Source of the DNA: Octopus vulgaris
Taxonomy: Eukaryota
Length of the DNA: 64,000 nt
Assembly: GCA_951406725.2 (NCBI GenBank)
Contig: OX597841.1
Coordinates: 12,772,001 to 12,836,000 of the forward strand
Direction: 5' to 3'
Shown here: positions 28,889 through 41,128 of the stretch, in pieces
Position numbering within the stretch: the stretch's first letter is position 1
How the letters are laid out: every line of letters starts with the position of its first letter
Notes under the pieces: generated by a model
Databases searched by the model: none
What the model saw: the letters and a program-made list of their open reading frames with translations, nothing else
What the model was told of the DNA's origin: nothing
Program-made: the position numbers and the translations under genes

Positions 28889-30179
28889 GGATAGATAGAT
28901 AGGTAGGTAGGTAGGTAGGTAGGTAGGTAGGTAGGCAGACAGACAGATAGATAGATAGACAGAGAGAGAGGGGGAGAAAATATATGTAGATAGATAGTGA
29001 TAAAGAGAGAGAGAAAGAGTGTGTGTGTGAAAGAGAGAGAGAGAGATTGCATTGATAAAGGAGTGAATTTAAACCTGCCACTAAGAAACCCCGAATTTGA
29101 CAGCACTAAGTATGTTGTTGTTGTTGTTGTTGCTATTGCTGAAGAAAGGATCTTTCAGTGGCCCCTAACTGATTAGATCTTATTTACACCTGATTTGACC
29201 CCAGTTTATCTTTCCCCTATATCTCAGAAAAAATTTCATCTTTATCAACACCACTACCAGCATCACCACCACCAGCATCACCATCACCACCACCACCACG
29301 ACCACCATCATCATCACCATCATCATCACCACCACCACCATCACCATCATCATCATCATCATCATTACCATCACCATTATGATGATGATAATCTTTTCTA
29401 CTATAGGCACAAAGCTTGAAATTTGGTGGGGGGAGAGGACCAATCAATTACATCAACCCCAGTATTTCACTGGTACTTAATTCATTGACCCCGAAAGGAT
29501 GAAAGGCAAAGTCAACCTTGGCAGCATTTGAACTCAGAACGTAGTGACAGATGAAATACCACTAAGCATTTCGGATTCTGCAAGCTCACCACCTTAATAA
29601 TAACAACAATGGTTTCAAATTTTGCCACAAGGGCAGCCATTTTGGTGTGGAGGGGATGAGTTGATTACTTCGACCCCAGCATTCAACTGGTACTTAATTT
29701 ATCGACCCTGAATGGATGAAATGCAAAGTTGACCTCGGTGGAATTTGAACTCAGTTCAGAGAGCAAGGGACAAAATACCACTAAGCATTTCACCTGGCAT
29801 GCTAACGATTCTGCCAGCTAGCCACCTTAATAATAATAATAATAATAATAGTAATAATAATAGCATCATCATCATCATCGTTTAGCGTCCGCTTTCCATG
29901 CTGGCAAGGGTTGGACGGTTCAACTGGGGTCTGGGAAGCCAGAAGGCTGCACCAGGCTCCAATCTGATCTGGCAGTGTTTCTACAGCTGGATGCCCTTCC
30001 TAACGCCAACCACTCCGAGAGTGTAGTGGGTGCTTTTTATGTGCCACCAGCACAGGTGCCAGACGAGGCTGGCAAACGGCCACGATCGGATGGTGCTTTT
30101 TACGTGCCACCGGCACGGAAGCCAGTCGGGGCGGCGCTGGCAATGTCCACGTTCGGATGGTTCTGATAATAATAATAAT

Positions 30180-30310
30180 TTTATGTTTGTACCACTTTTT
30201 TGTTCTGTCAAGTCCATACTTGCTGCAAAGTGTCCAATGGACTATCCTTGCTACATTGTCATAATGTCTCTTATATTCTTTCTGGACTAGTGGCACACAT
30301 TGACTGGTAA
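30180..30310 (-). mobile_element. Fragment of an RLE-type non-LTR retrotransposon (R4/NeSL-like), zinc-knuckle region
   Basis: SQCVPLVQKEYKRHYDNVARIVHWTLCSKYGL in ORF 30000..30491(-) resembles the C..L...EY..RH..VA..VHW.LC.KYG motif. Confidence 0.7.
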
Positions 30311-30706
30311 TCTCTATATATATAAAGCTGAAGTTGTCTGTGCGTGTATGGCAGGTTTGGTAGCCTTCATCTAACACTATCTCCTCCGAGACCCTGCGGC
30401 GCAAGTTGACCAAAATTGAGAGTATGATAGAAGAAGGCTTGCTCTTCATTCCGTAGAAGAAAAAATTCAAATCGGACCATGTTAACACCAAAAATTATTT
30501 ACATCAAAAAGGTGCTTTTTTGTATGAAAATCCCTATTTTTTACGATGTTTTGGCTGCTGTGTCGCCATTTTTCAGTGTATTTCAACCAGAAAAATGTTC
30601 ACTTAAAGAGAATAACAAGCTACATAATGAAAAAATTTTTACTTTTCAAAAATTCAAATTCTAAAGGGTCGAAACAAACCCAAGCAAAGCCAGGCGATAC
30701 TGCTTG
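30311..30706 (+). mobile_element. Non-autonomous Helitron-like element
   Basis: 5' A|TCTCTATATATATAAAG. 3' degenerate hairpin CCCAAGCAAAGCCAGG-CGATACTG-CTTG, where sibling copies have CTAG. Confidence 0.7.
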
Positions 30707-30963
30707 CCTGGTCAAAACTTCAAAGTCACTATCAACAATATTCTTGTTTATGAATAATAGATTTGTACTCTACACAAGTATAGATTAATGTAAAATTGGT
30801 TTTATCAAAACTGAACATAAAAACAAACATTAATATATCTATCTAGCTATCTCACCCCCATCTCTCTCTCTATCTATCTGTTTATCTGTCTGTCTGTCTT
30901 TCTGTTTTCTCTTTCTCTCTTTCTCTCTCTCTCTCTATTCCTCTATGTATCTATCTCCTTTGC

Positions 30964-31032
<69 letters not shown>

Positions 31033-31034
<2 letters not shown>

Positions 31035-31428
31035 TCTTTTACTTGTTTCAGTCATTTGACTGCGGCCATGCTGGAGCACCGCCTTTAGTCGAGCAAATCG
31101 ACCCCGAGACTTATTCTTTGTAAGCCAAGTACTTATTCTATCGGTCTCTTTTGCCGAACCGCTAAGTAATGGGGACATAAACTCACCAGCATCGGTTGTC
31201 AAGCAATGCTAGGGGGACAAACACAGACACACAAACACATATATATATACATATATATACATATATACGACAGGCTTCTTTCAGTTTCCGTCTACCAAAT
31301 CCAGTCACAAGGCATTGGTCGGCCTGGGGCTATAGCAAAAAACACTTGCCCAAGATGCCACGCAGTGGGACTTAACCTGGAACCATGTGATTGGTTAGCA
31401 AGCTACTTACCACACAGCCACTCCTGCG

Positions 31429-31430
<2 letters not shown>
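31033..31430 (-). mobile_element. SINE family A, full-length
   Basis: Reverse complement of the 25742 element, flanked by (TA)n. Confidence 0.9.
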
Positions 31431-31471
<41 letters not shown>

Positions 31472-31987
31472 GACATGTCTATCTCTTTATCTATACATGT
31501 GTGTGTGTACACACATATATATATACAGACAGACATACACACATTCGCACATACACACGCACACAGAGGGTGAGAATGCTTTCTTATCAGCAGCCAATTT
31601 AAAATCTTCAGCGGAGTTCATTAATTTGTGAAGAGTGTTTTGTGGTGAAGTGGCAGCCATATTGACATTTAATCAGTTTTATGTTGGCCCCTGTTAACAT
31701 ATTTAAGGTGGGGAGGGGGGAGGGGATTAAATAGCTTGTTAGGGATAATTATGTGGCGAAGTAAGACAGAATGTAGATATATAGATAATACAGAATGTGG
31801 CTATATAGACAAATTGATGCGAGGACAGATAGAGATAGGCAGCTAGACAGATAGATATATGAATGGGCAGACAGACACAGAGGTAGACAGATAGCATGGA
31901 AAGCAGACTAATACACCTGCTTGTTATTCCGGCATCTGCCTTCATCCTTTTTACCTATAAATTCGAACCTCGTGTATATATATATAT

Positions 31988-32034
<47 letters not shown>

Positions 32035-32048
32035 TATAGATATATATA

Positions 32049-32485
32049 AAATTCAGGGTGAATACTTGATAACTGTAAGCACCTTTATATGCCAGTTAGT
32101 GGTATAGGTGATAGGATATATGTATCAAAAGAAAAACAGGACGCAAAGGATTCTGCGGTACATATGTTTCGGGCTTTATTGAACAACTTATATCAATGCA
32201 TAATTGATATAACATGTAGATCAAAAGCCTTCTTCAGCCGCGTACAATTACCACACCAAAGTCATGTATCACATTATAGCAGGTTTCAGAAAAAGTTGGG
32301 GAAAAAAACGAGTTTCAGTGGGAAAGTAACTCCTCATAGGCATATATGGCATTGTGAGACACCAAAACAAAACATCCATATCGTTTTCTCACTCGATAAA
32401 GAGACCTTAGTTGTACGGCTGAAGAAGGCTTTTGACCTACCTGTTATATCAATTATGCATTGATATAAGTTGTTCAATAAAGCCT
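32049..32485. mobile_element. (TA)n-adjacent fold-back element
   Basis: About 80-bp inverted repeat, 32171-32250 vs 32408-32485. The left terminus 32049-32106 is related to 43226-43283 in opposite orientation. Confidence 0.7.
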
Positions 32486-33540
32486 TGGTCTCAAAACCAC
32501 TCATGTCTAGAAACTGAGGTTGAGGATTAAGCAAGGTCATGCTCTCCGTAGAAAATCCAGCTCTGAAAAAGCTTCATGATAGCATGGAAGAATGGGCACC
32601 AGCCAGCCCAAAGATTGGGGTGGGCTGCACCTACCTGCTTCAGTTGCTATGGCATCGAGGTTGATCCAGCCACCCCCATTAACAGGGACAAAACCTGGAT
32701 TTAAAACACTGGATGATGATGGTTTCGTTGGTAAAGAGAGAGAGTAAGGTATAGAGAAGCACATAAAGTGATGAGAAGTTGAACGTGATCCAGCAGTGCT
32801 TTGAAAGCCACTCACCTGATGAAGTGCCAGCACACAGCTGTTGCTGGACCATATATATTATCTGCAAAATAATTTTATGTAATCATACAAGACTAACAGT
32901 TGTTATCATTGCACTGAAACGGTTGTTGTATTTTGAAATTAAACCTTGTTTATTCCATCTTGTACATTCATGTGTTGTGTGTGTGTTTGTGTGTGTGTGT
33001 GCGTGTGTCAAAAGTAAATAGACAAAGCATTTTGAAAGATTTATTTCTAGAAACAAAATGATGTGATTTGATGCATTTCAATGCTTAATAAAGTATTCAA
33101 TAGTCATGACTCGTCTGGCACCTGTGCCAGTGGCACGTAAAAAGCACCCACTACACTCATGGAGTGGTTGGCATTAGGAAGGGCATCCAGCCGTAGAAAC
33201 AGTGCTAGATCAGACTGGGCCTGGTGCAGCCTTCTGGCTTCCCAGACCCCAGTTGAACCATCCAACCCATGCCAGCATGGAAAGCGAACGTTAAATGATG
33301 ATGATGATGATGATGTCTGGTGCTGTTTTAAATTATTTGAGATGATTCCGCATCATACAAATTGAACAGAGGCTGCAAAAATTAAAACCGTGTAATGAGG
33401 TCTGTCTATTTACTTTTGAGGCAGCTGTGAATGCACACACACACACGTGTATGTGTGTGTGTGGTATGATAACCTGTAATTCTTTGATGATATCTCAATA
33501 CACCCCCACCCCACTTACATGTCTCGTCTTATCTTCACAG

Positions 33541-33663
33541 AAACCCAGGGAAAAGGACAAGGAAGAACAGGCGGAGGAAGAAAATCCATTTTGCAGAGAC
33601 GAAGGATTCCAAATCAGCAAACGGCGCCGGAAGAGACCAAATGCATTATTTCCTACGGAACAG
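33541..33663 (+). CDS. TRABD2: Probable Tiki/TRABD2-like exon (basic linker), phase 2 to 2
   Basis: Polypyrimidine acceptor TCTTATCTTCACAG, donor AG|GTCTGT, 123 bp. Open in the frame set by the previous exon: (E)NPGKRTRKNRRRKKIHFAETKDSKSANGAGRDQMHYFLRN(S). The polybasic run resembles vertebrate Tiki C-terminal regions. Confidence 0.7.
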
Positions 33664-34032
33664 GTCTGTCATCATTAACGGAGCTCTCCGTGCCTAATCG
33701 GCTGTCTCTCAATTTACCTGCCTGTTTGTCTGTCGGTCTGCCTGTCTGTCAGTTTGCATGTCTGTGTGTCCTTGCAGGTGTCACCCATTAAGATATGTGA
33801 TATGCTGCTATCACATATCACTATGTATCTTGGTTATATCACATACCTTAAGGTAAGGCATCTCAGTGTCACCTGGACAGGTGTCAATTCGAAATTTCAT
33901 ATATATATATATGTATATATATATCCAGAGGTAATGCAGTACGATTGTCGCATGTGACTCCATTTCATTGAACGATGCAAACATTACATCAATTTAAAAT
34001 GTAGAGCAATCTTCAGCTGCATAAAAATATAT

Positions 34033-34448
34033 ACTCTTTTACTCTTTTACTTGTTTCAGTCATTTGACTGCGGCCATGCTGGAGCACCACCTTTAATCGA
34101 GCAAATCGACCCCGGGACTTATTCTTTGTAAGCCCAGTACTTATTCTATCGGTCTCTTTTGCCGAACCGCTAAGTGACAGGGACATAAACACACCAGCAT
34201 CAGTTGTCAAGCAATGCTAGGGGGACAAACACAGACACACAAACATACACGCACATATATATATATATTTGGATTTTCCTTGGGGCTGGCCGGATCGGAG
34301 TGATATCGAGATTAAACAGCCGAAATCACTAAGATGATCCGGTTCCCGACTGAAGATTAGAGGCTTCGAGTGACCCGTCGGTTATTTGTGCCATCTCCTT
34401 GTATGTTTTTGCGTTCTTGTCCCACTTTGTAATTTATATTAAATTCTA

Positions 34449-34506
<58 letters not shown>

Positions 34507-34667
34507 CGGGCTTCTTTCATTTTCCGTCTACCAAATCCACTCACAAGTCTTTGGTCGGCCCGGGGCTATAGTAGAAGACACTTGCCCAAGGTGCCACGCA
34601 GTGGGACTGAACCCGGAACCATGTGGTTGGTAAGCAAGCTACTTACCACACAGCCACTCCTGCGCCT
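34033..34667 (-). mobile_element. SINE family A with a structured element inserted in its internal (TA)n
   Basis: Tail and body 34033-34250, head 34503-34667. The insert 34268-34450 has a second copy at about 50070-50245 (-). Confidence 0.85.
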
Positions 34668-34916
34668 ATATATATACACACTTTATTTCATATTGCTCCA
34701 GTTCACTCAGCTGTAGAAATGAGTTGCAACATCACTGGTACCAAGTTGTATTGGCCCCTTTGCCTTTCCTTTGGATGACATCGGTGGCATGGAGAGGGGA
34801 GGCTGGTATGCATGGATGACTGCTGGCCTTCCATAACCTTGCTTGGACTTGTGCCTCAGATGGGATCTTTCTAGGTGCAATCCCATTGTCATTCATGACC
34901 AAAGGGGGTCTTTACC

Positions 34917-34952
<36 letters not shown>

Positions 34953-35697
34953 TCATCATCATCATCGTTTAACATCCATCATCCATTCATGCATGAGTGG
35001 GACAGGATAGAAGACTAACCAAATTACTGTGTTTATTTTGGCAAAGTTTTTACGGCCGGATGCCCCTTCCCAACACAAACCACACTGCAGAGTGGACTCA
35101 GTGCTTTTTATGTGCCATCTGCACAAGCGAGCTTAGTTTTGGCATGTTTTTTACGATTGGATGCCCTTCCAAACATGAACCCCTTTACAGTGTGGCCTGG
35201 ATGCTTTTCATCAAACAGACTCTAGTGAAACTGATGTTATTCTGCTGTGGCAGGACTTGTATTGTGTTGTAAAATTAAAAAGAAGAGCACAGAAAACTTG
35301 ATGTGAGGAGTGGAAAATCCAGCCCTTCAGATGTGACTCCTTCCCTGAGGCAAGGTTGAAAGGAGAGAAATGGGAGATGGCAGAGCCCCTATATCCGCTA
35401 TCAAGTCAAAAAGTAATAAAATTTATCACATGAGAGGTGACTTATTTAATGGTGTCAGATGTATTCCCTCCATGCTTCTGGATAAATTCCTAAAGCATCG
35501 CATAAACTCCCTGCATCATTGATTAACTGTCAGGACATCACATCTTTCAAAACCTTCCATATTTACTGCAATTCACCAACAGTTTATACCTCATGCCGCT
35601 ATCCTCCCCCGCCCAGCCTTTCTTTAAAAGCCTCATTCACTGTCCACTTGTTGTTAAGCAACGATACGGGTAAGGGTGATTAGGTGATGGTCTAGGG

Positions 35698-35898
35698 CAG
35701 TGCTTTTCAAACTTTTTGCTGGAGTGGAACCCCAAGGAAACATTCCACTGGCTCGAGGAACCCCTGTGCAATAATTTAATAGTCTTATGCACACATATCT
35801 GCACAGGAGAATTTAAAATTACTGCCGATTTTAGCAGTTTTGTAACTTCTTGCGGAGCCCCTGGACTGTACTGGCGAAACCCTGGTTGAAAACCACTG
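35698..35898. mobile_element. hAT (Charlie-like) MITE with 8-bp TSD
   Basis: TIRs CAGTGCTTTTCAAAC / GGTTGAAAACCACTG. Identical 8-bp flanks GTCTAGGG at 35690-35697 and 35899-35906. Confidence 0.9.
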
Positions 35899-35944
35899 GT
35901 CTAGGGCTTAGGGGCGGGAAACCCCAGACCTTGGAAAAAAAAAA

Positions 35945-36221
35945 CTTTGGTCGTCTTGTTGTAGTTGAGGGCTCTTCGTTGATGCTTGACACTACTGGGA
36001 GGTGGTCCTCGAAATCGCTGGAAATGGAGATCTCCAGGTCCAAATTCTTGAACGGCCTGTCCACTTGTTGAAGCCAATGGCGATTTTATTGAATAAATTT
36101 ACTCTTTAGTATTTCAAGATATTTTTAGGCAATTTTGGTAAATATTTCTGTTAAAATGAGATGTCAGTGTTGTTTTCATTTCTGCGTAATTTAGACAACA
36201 ATTTATTCACCACACCCTGTA
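35945..36221 (-). mobile_element. Probable Tc1/mariner 5' remnant
   Basis: Ends in CACCCTG-TA (TA-CAGGGTG terminus on -). Degenerate HTH-like reading (...SSINEEPSTTTRR). Confidence 0.45.
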
Positions 36222-36228
36222 TTTATAT

Positions 36229-36261
<33 letters not shown>

Positions 36262-36581
36262 CACACAAACGAGCATGCATTCATACATACATACATGTGT
36301 GTGTGTTGCATGTCTACATGGAAAGATAGCTTAATGGATTGACAGGCAGATAGAGAGTCAGGTGACTAAATAAATAGATAGTTAGAAAGAGATAAAGACA
36401 CACAGGTGGATAGGTGGGTGGATGGATGGATGGATGGATAGACAGAGAGTGTATATGTTTTATGATGTCAGCATCAGTGTGTGCGTCTACTGCGGTGTCT
36501 ACTGGAGTATGTTGCGTATGTGTAGGTATACTGTTGAAACATCATAAACAGATGCTGAGGAAGTGTCAAAAACTGCAGTCA

Positions 36582-36620
<39 letters not shown>

Positions 36621-37077
36621 TGCATACATGGAAGGGAGGAATGTGTGTGCATCAACCGCCGGCCGACTCCAGTTGCACCCAGAATCTGATCTGTTTTATA
36701 GCTTTGACGAAAGACTTATTAAAAGCTGTGCAATTGATATTACGTGGATGGTGGAGATGGGGAGTATTGGTGCTAGGGAGTGTCTCACTCTTCTTCTTCT
36801 TCACCTTCTTCTCCTTCCTCCTCTTCTTCTTCTTCATCTTCTCCTCCTCCTCCCCCTCCTTATTCTTTTTCCTCTTTTACCTCTTCGTCTTCTTCCTCTT
36901 CTTCTCCATCCTCTCCTCCTCCTCCTTCTTCCTCTTTGTCTTCTTCCTCCTCTTCTTCTTCATCTTTTCCTCCTCCTTCTCTCCTCCTTCTTGTTACCAT
37001 TGATGTTGCTTGCATGCATGCGTGTGTGTGTGTGTGTGTGTGTGTGCGTGTGCGTGCGCGTGTGTGCGTGTGTGTAA

Positions 37078-37288
37078 GTAATGTTTATTGCCATTTCAAC
37101 ATGGCTGCTCTGTAGGAACTGACATTACTGCCTTTTTTAACCCCAGGAGGACCCCTCCTCCAGCTGGTTATCGATGCAAGCTGCACCCGATATATATTCC
37201 AGCTGGAGGAGGTGTCCTCCTGGGGTTAAAAAAGGCAGTAATGTCAGTTCCTACAGAACAGCCATGTTGAAATGGCAATAAACATTAT
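37078..37288. mobile_element. Near-perfect 210-bp fold-back element (MITE-like)
   Basis: TAATGTTTATTGCCATTTCAACATGGCTG...CCTCCTCCAGCTGG pairs with CCAGCTGGAGGAGG...CAGCCATGTTGAAATGGCAATAAACATTA. Arms are about 90 bp around a short spacer. Confidence 0.85.
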
Positions 37289-37369
37289 ACTTCAGTATAG
37301 TTACTACTTTCATCTCGTTTAGAGATTTTCTAATTAGCTAAATTGCTTGTTGATATATATATACAGGCA

Positions 37370-38532
37370 TCATCATCATCATCATTTAACATCCATTGTC
37401 CATGCTGGCATGGGTTGGACAGTTGGACTGGATTGTCATGCTGGAGGGCTGCACCAGGCTCCAGTCTGATTTGGCAGGGTTTTCTATGGCTGGATGCCCT
37501 TCCTAATGCCAACCACTCTGAGAGTGTAATGAGTGCTTTTACATGACACTGACATGGGTACTATTTGTGTGACATTGGGGTGTGTTTATGTGCCAATTTG
37601 TGTGACACCGGTATCTACCATGACTATGGTTTTGCTCGGCTTGGTGGGTCTTCTTCTCAAGCATGACATAATACCAAAGATCTTGGTCATTGCCTTCATG
37701 AGGACCAATACTCGAAAGGAACTCAACCACTTTGCCACCGTGAAACTCAAAATTCAAAAGTTGGTTCCTTACGTGCCACCAGCATAGGTGCACTTGGTTT
37801 GATGGGTCCTTTCTAGCAGAACACCTCGCCAAAGGTCTCGGTCACAAGTCATTGCCTCTGTGAGGCTCAAAATTCGAAGATCATGCTTCACCACTTTGTC
37901 CCATTTCTTCCTGGGTCTACCCCTACCACAGGTTCCCTCCACAGTTAGAGATCAGCACTTTTTTACACAGCTGCCCTCGTCCACACACATCACACAACCA
38001 TACCAGTGCAGTAGTGTCTCTTACACACCACATCTGATGACTCTTATGCTCAACTTATCTCTCGGGGTTCTTACACCCTGTCGTGTATGAACACTGACAT
38101 TACACATCCAGCGAGGCATACAAGCTTAATTTCTTTCAAGCCTACACATATTAGAGCCCATCTTTCACTGCCATGCAACACAGCTGTCCTCATCCAAATG
38201 CACCACATGACCATACCAGTGTAGTTGTCTCTCTTGCACACCACATCTGATGCCTCTTATGCCAAACTTTTCTCTCAAGATATTTACACTCTGTCGAACA
38301 TGCCCATTGACATTGCACATTGAGTGAAGCATACTGGCTTCATTTCTTTCAAGCCTATGCATGTCCTCACAGCCCATGTTTCACTGCCATGTAGCATAGC
38401 TGTTCGCACACAGGCATCATACAATCTGCCTTTCACTCTGAGGAAGAGGCCCTTTGTTGCCAGCAGAGGTAGGAGCTCTCTGAACTTTGCCCAGCCTAAT
38501 CTTATTCCCACAGCTACACTCTCGGACACATG
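37370..38532 (-). mobile_element. RTE-clade LINE remnant (ORF C-terminus plus 3'UTR with (GAT)n tail), internally duplicated
   Basis: IRLGWAKFRELLPLLATKGLFLRVKGRLYDACVRTAMLHGSETWA and LERNEASML...ERQLHWYGHV, typical of the RTE post-RT region, followed by family-B-like sequence. Confidence 0.9.
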
Positions 38533-38559
38533 TGCTTGTGTGTGTGTGTGGGGGGCATA

Positions 38560-39207
38560 CCAGCTGGAGAAAAGACTGCACTGGTATGGCCATGTAATGC
38601 ATATGAATGAAGACAGTTGCATCAAGAGATGCCAATTGCTTACTATAGAGAGAACATGTGGAAGGGGTGGACCCAGGAAGACGAGGGTCAAAGTGGTGAG
38701 AAAGGATCTACAGACATTGGGACTCACAGAGGATGACAGAGGACAGAGACTCCTGGCAGTTTGCTGTGCTTGAAAAGACGAGTCTAATCAAGTAAATGCA
38801 TGGCTACCTTGGAATACAGGGTGTTGCTGGCATCTCTACAGCTGATCATTCCTAATCTTGCAGACTTGTGGGTGCTGGTGCCATGTAAAATGTGCCCCTG
38901 CCAGTGTCGCATTCATGCGCCCATGCTGGTGCTGCGTAAAAGCACCCAGTCCACTTTGTAAAGTGGTTGGTGTTAGGAAGGGCATCCAGCTGTAGAAACC
39001 CTGCCACAACAGACGTATATATATGTATATATATATATTTGTGTATATATGTATATATATATATTTGTGTATATATATTTGTATATATATATATTTGTAT
39101 GTACTTCTTTTGGTGGACCCTATTGAGGAGGTGCCTGGGAAGCTATGCTCCTGGCCAGCTCCTGTCAAACCGTTCAACCCATGCCAGCATGGAAAAACAG
39201 ATGTTAA

Positions 39208-39238
<31 letters not shown>

Positions 39239-39240
39239 CA
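38560..39240 (+). mobile_element. RTE LINE 3' remnant in the opposite orientation
   Basis: EKRLHWYGHVMHMNEDSCIKRCQLLTIERTCGRGGPRKT, then family B sequence and a (GAT)n tail. Confidence 0.85.
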
Positions 39241-39885
39241 TATCTCTTTCTTTGACTTCCTAACAGACAACGAAACAACAAAAACCGCCACCAACAACAA
39301 CAACACCAACATGAAGTAAAGAGGAAAAACCTGAGCAGACAAGAGAAAATCAGGTTTAATGACCTTTGGATCAGAATTAATACTCAGAAGTAAGTCTCAG
39401 CCATCTCCTTCTTTCTTTCTTTTTTGCTTTCGTTTCTTCATTGTTTTCCTTTTCTTTCTTTCCTTTTTTAGCCCGTTTTCATTACATCGCTACGATATAA
39501 TATATACATATATATATATAGGTTATAAAATGAGATAGGGGTTGAAAATTCAACCCACCATGGGATAATATATATCCAATATACTGCTAGATAGGTACCC
39601 ACACGCATCTGCAGATCAATCGCACATGCACGCGTGGTTGTGTGTATATACATGCACTTGTGCACATGCGTGATCACAAGCAACAGCTGGCACTTGGATG
39701 AGCGGAAGAGGGAAGCAGCTGTGCTGCCGTTTGGTCCTTCAAAGTTGTAACTGTGCCTCAATAGCAAGGGAGGAGCCGTCCATGCATTCCGTGGAATGTT
39801 TAATTTAGATATAAATATATATTTCTTAACTCATAGTCATTTCGATCTTGAAAGGATGGACTTGGTGCTAACTTAACTGTATCTA

Positions 39886-39941
<56 letters not shown>

Positions 39942-40295
39942 AGTAATTTTTATTAACTTTTATAGCTTTAGAATTTTATGAACTGTACCATGGTTTTAAT
40001 TATTATTTTTCATCTCCATATGTGTTAGCCTTTTTTTTATAAAAAAAAAAAAAAAAAAAAAACTATTAGCCAAATATGTATAATATCGGTACTTATTAAT
40101 ATTAATATATACACTGTTATATATTTTGTTTTATTTTGTTCTGTTTACCTTCCTTTTTTGTACAAATGTGTATTATATTATATAAGTGTAGCATTATGAT
40201 GTATAAGTTTTTATATTTTACATTTTTATATTTTTATATTTATATGTATATGATTATATAATATTTTTCACTATTATAACAAATTTAATTTAATT

Positions 40296-40403
40296 CTCTG
40301 AAGAGGCCGTGGGGCATCCTTGTTAATGCCTCATTTATACCTGCCTTTATGGCTTATAGGTTAAATGAGGTATGACTGCCCTCACTGCCGAAACAGCTGT
40401 CAG
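40296..40403 (+). ncRNA. Type I hammerhead motif with long stem II, stem I eroded
   Basis: CT-CTGAAGA-GGC[cgtggggca...tgccctcact]GCC-GAAA-CAGCTG-TC-AG. Palindromic ACAGCTGT, GUC site. Confidence 0.7.
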
Positions 40404-40597
40404 TTTTGATTTATTTGCATATGATATTTGAAATTTTTTACTTATATCTCTTTATCTTTTTACTATTACTGTATATCTCATTTCATTTTATATATTGCCT
40501 TTACTCATATGTAATGGTGTATTAAAGTATGGATTGAGTATCATCGGATAGTTGATGTTTTACTGATTTAAGTATGTTTCTCCATTCTCTAATTTTG

Positions 40598-40634
<37 letters not shown>

Positions 40635-40636
<2 letters not shown>

Positions 40637-40812
40637 TTTTTTTCTCTCCTTCTTTCTGTGTTTCTTTTCTGTGTATCTTTCTGTCGAAGAGCGTAGGCTC
40701 GAAACGTTAAAGACTTGTTTTATTTCTATTCCTGAGCGCCATACTAATACAATTGTTTGTTTGTACTCCACCTGCCTTCGTCTTTTGTTTATTTTCGTAA
40801 AGCTTCCCGTTA
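40635..40812 (+). mobile_element. pLTR-like fragment with a variant minimal hammerhead (copies 17540-17720, 61485-61600 +, 62103-62290 -)
   Basis: TCTTT-CTGTCGA-A-GAGC-GTAG-GCTC-GAAA-CG-TT-AAAGA at 40676-40713. Flanked by (TA)n on both sides. Confidence 0.7.
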
Positions 40813-40892
40813 TATATATATGTATATAAATACATATTTCGTTTTTGGATTTGGTTTGCAAGATTCTTTATATGAGTTCGTGTGTTGAAGCA

Positions 40893-41128
40893 TATTCTGT
40901 TGTGTCTGGGGAGAGTCAATCTCTTTTAGTGCCTTATTATTTAACACACTCACCGCTAAAATTTCCCCTTATTTCTTATTTTTATTTTCCTAAAATTTTC
41001 GTTGCGTCTTGCAACCTTTTCAATAGTCTTGTCTCTGTCCCTTATTTACACTTGGGAATTTTACCGGCGTGTGTGTTAAATTATAAGGCACAAAAAGGAA
41101 TGACCCTCCCCAGACACAACAGAATACA
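40893..41128. repeat. Fold-back inverted repeat (about 75-bp arms) between microsatellites
   Basis: TATTCTGTTGTGTCTGGGGAG...GTGCCTTAT..TTTAACACAC vs GTGTGTTAAA..ATAAGGCAC...CTCCCCAGACACAACAGAATA. Confidence 0.85.

Noticed and set aside
29180-29447. Poly-His / poly-Asp-Gly ORFs (similar cases at 14522-15199, 36563-37115, 54551-55269)
   Set aside because: Trinucleotide or polypyrimidine low-complexity DNA with no splice or domain support.
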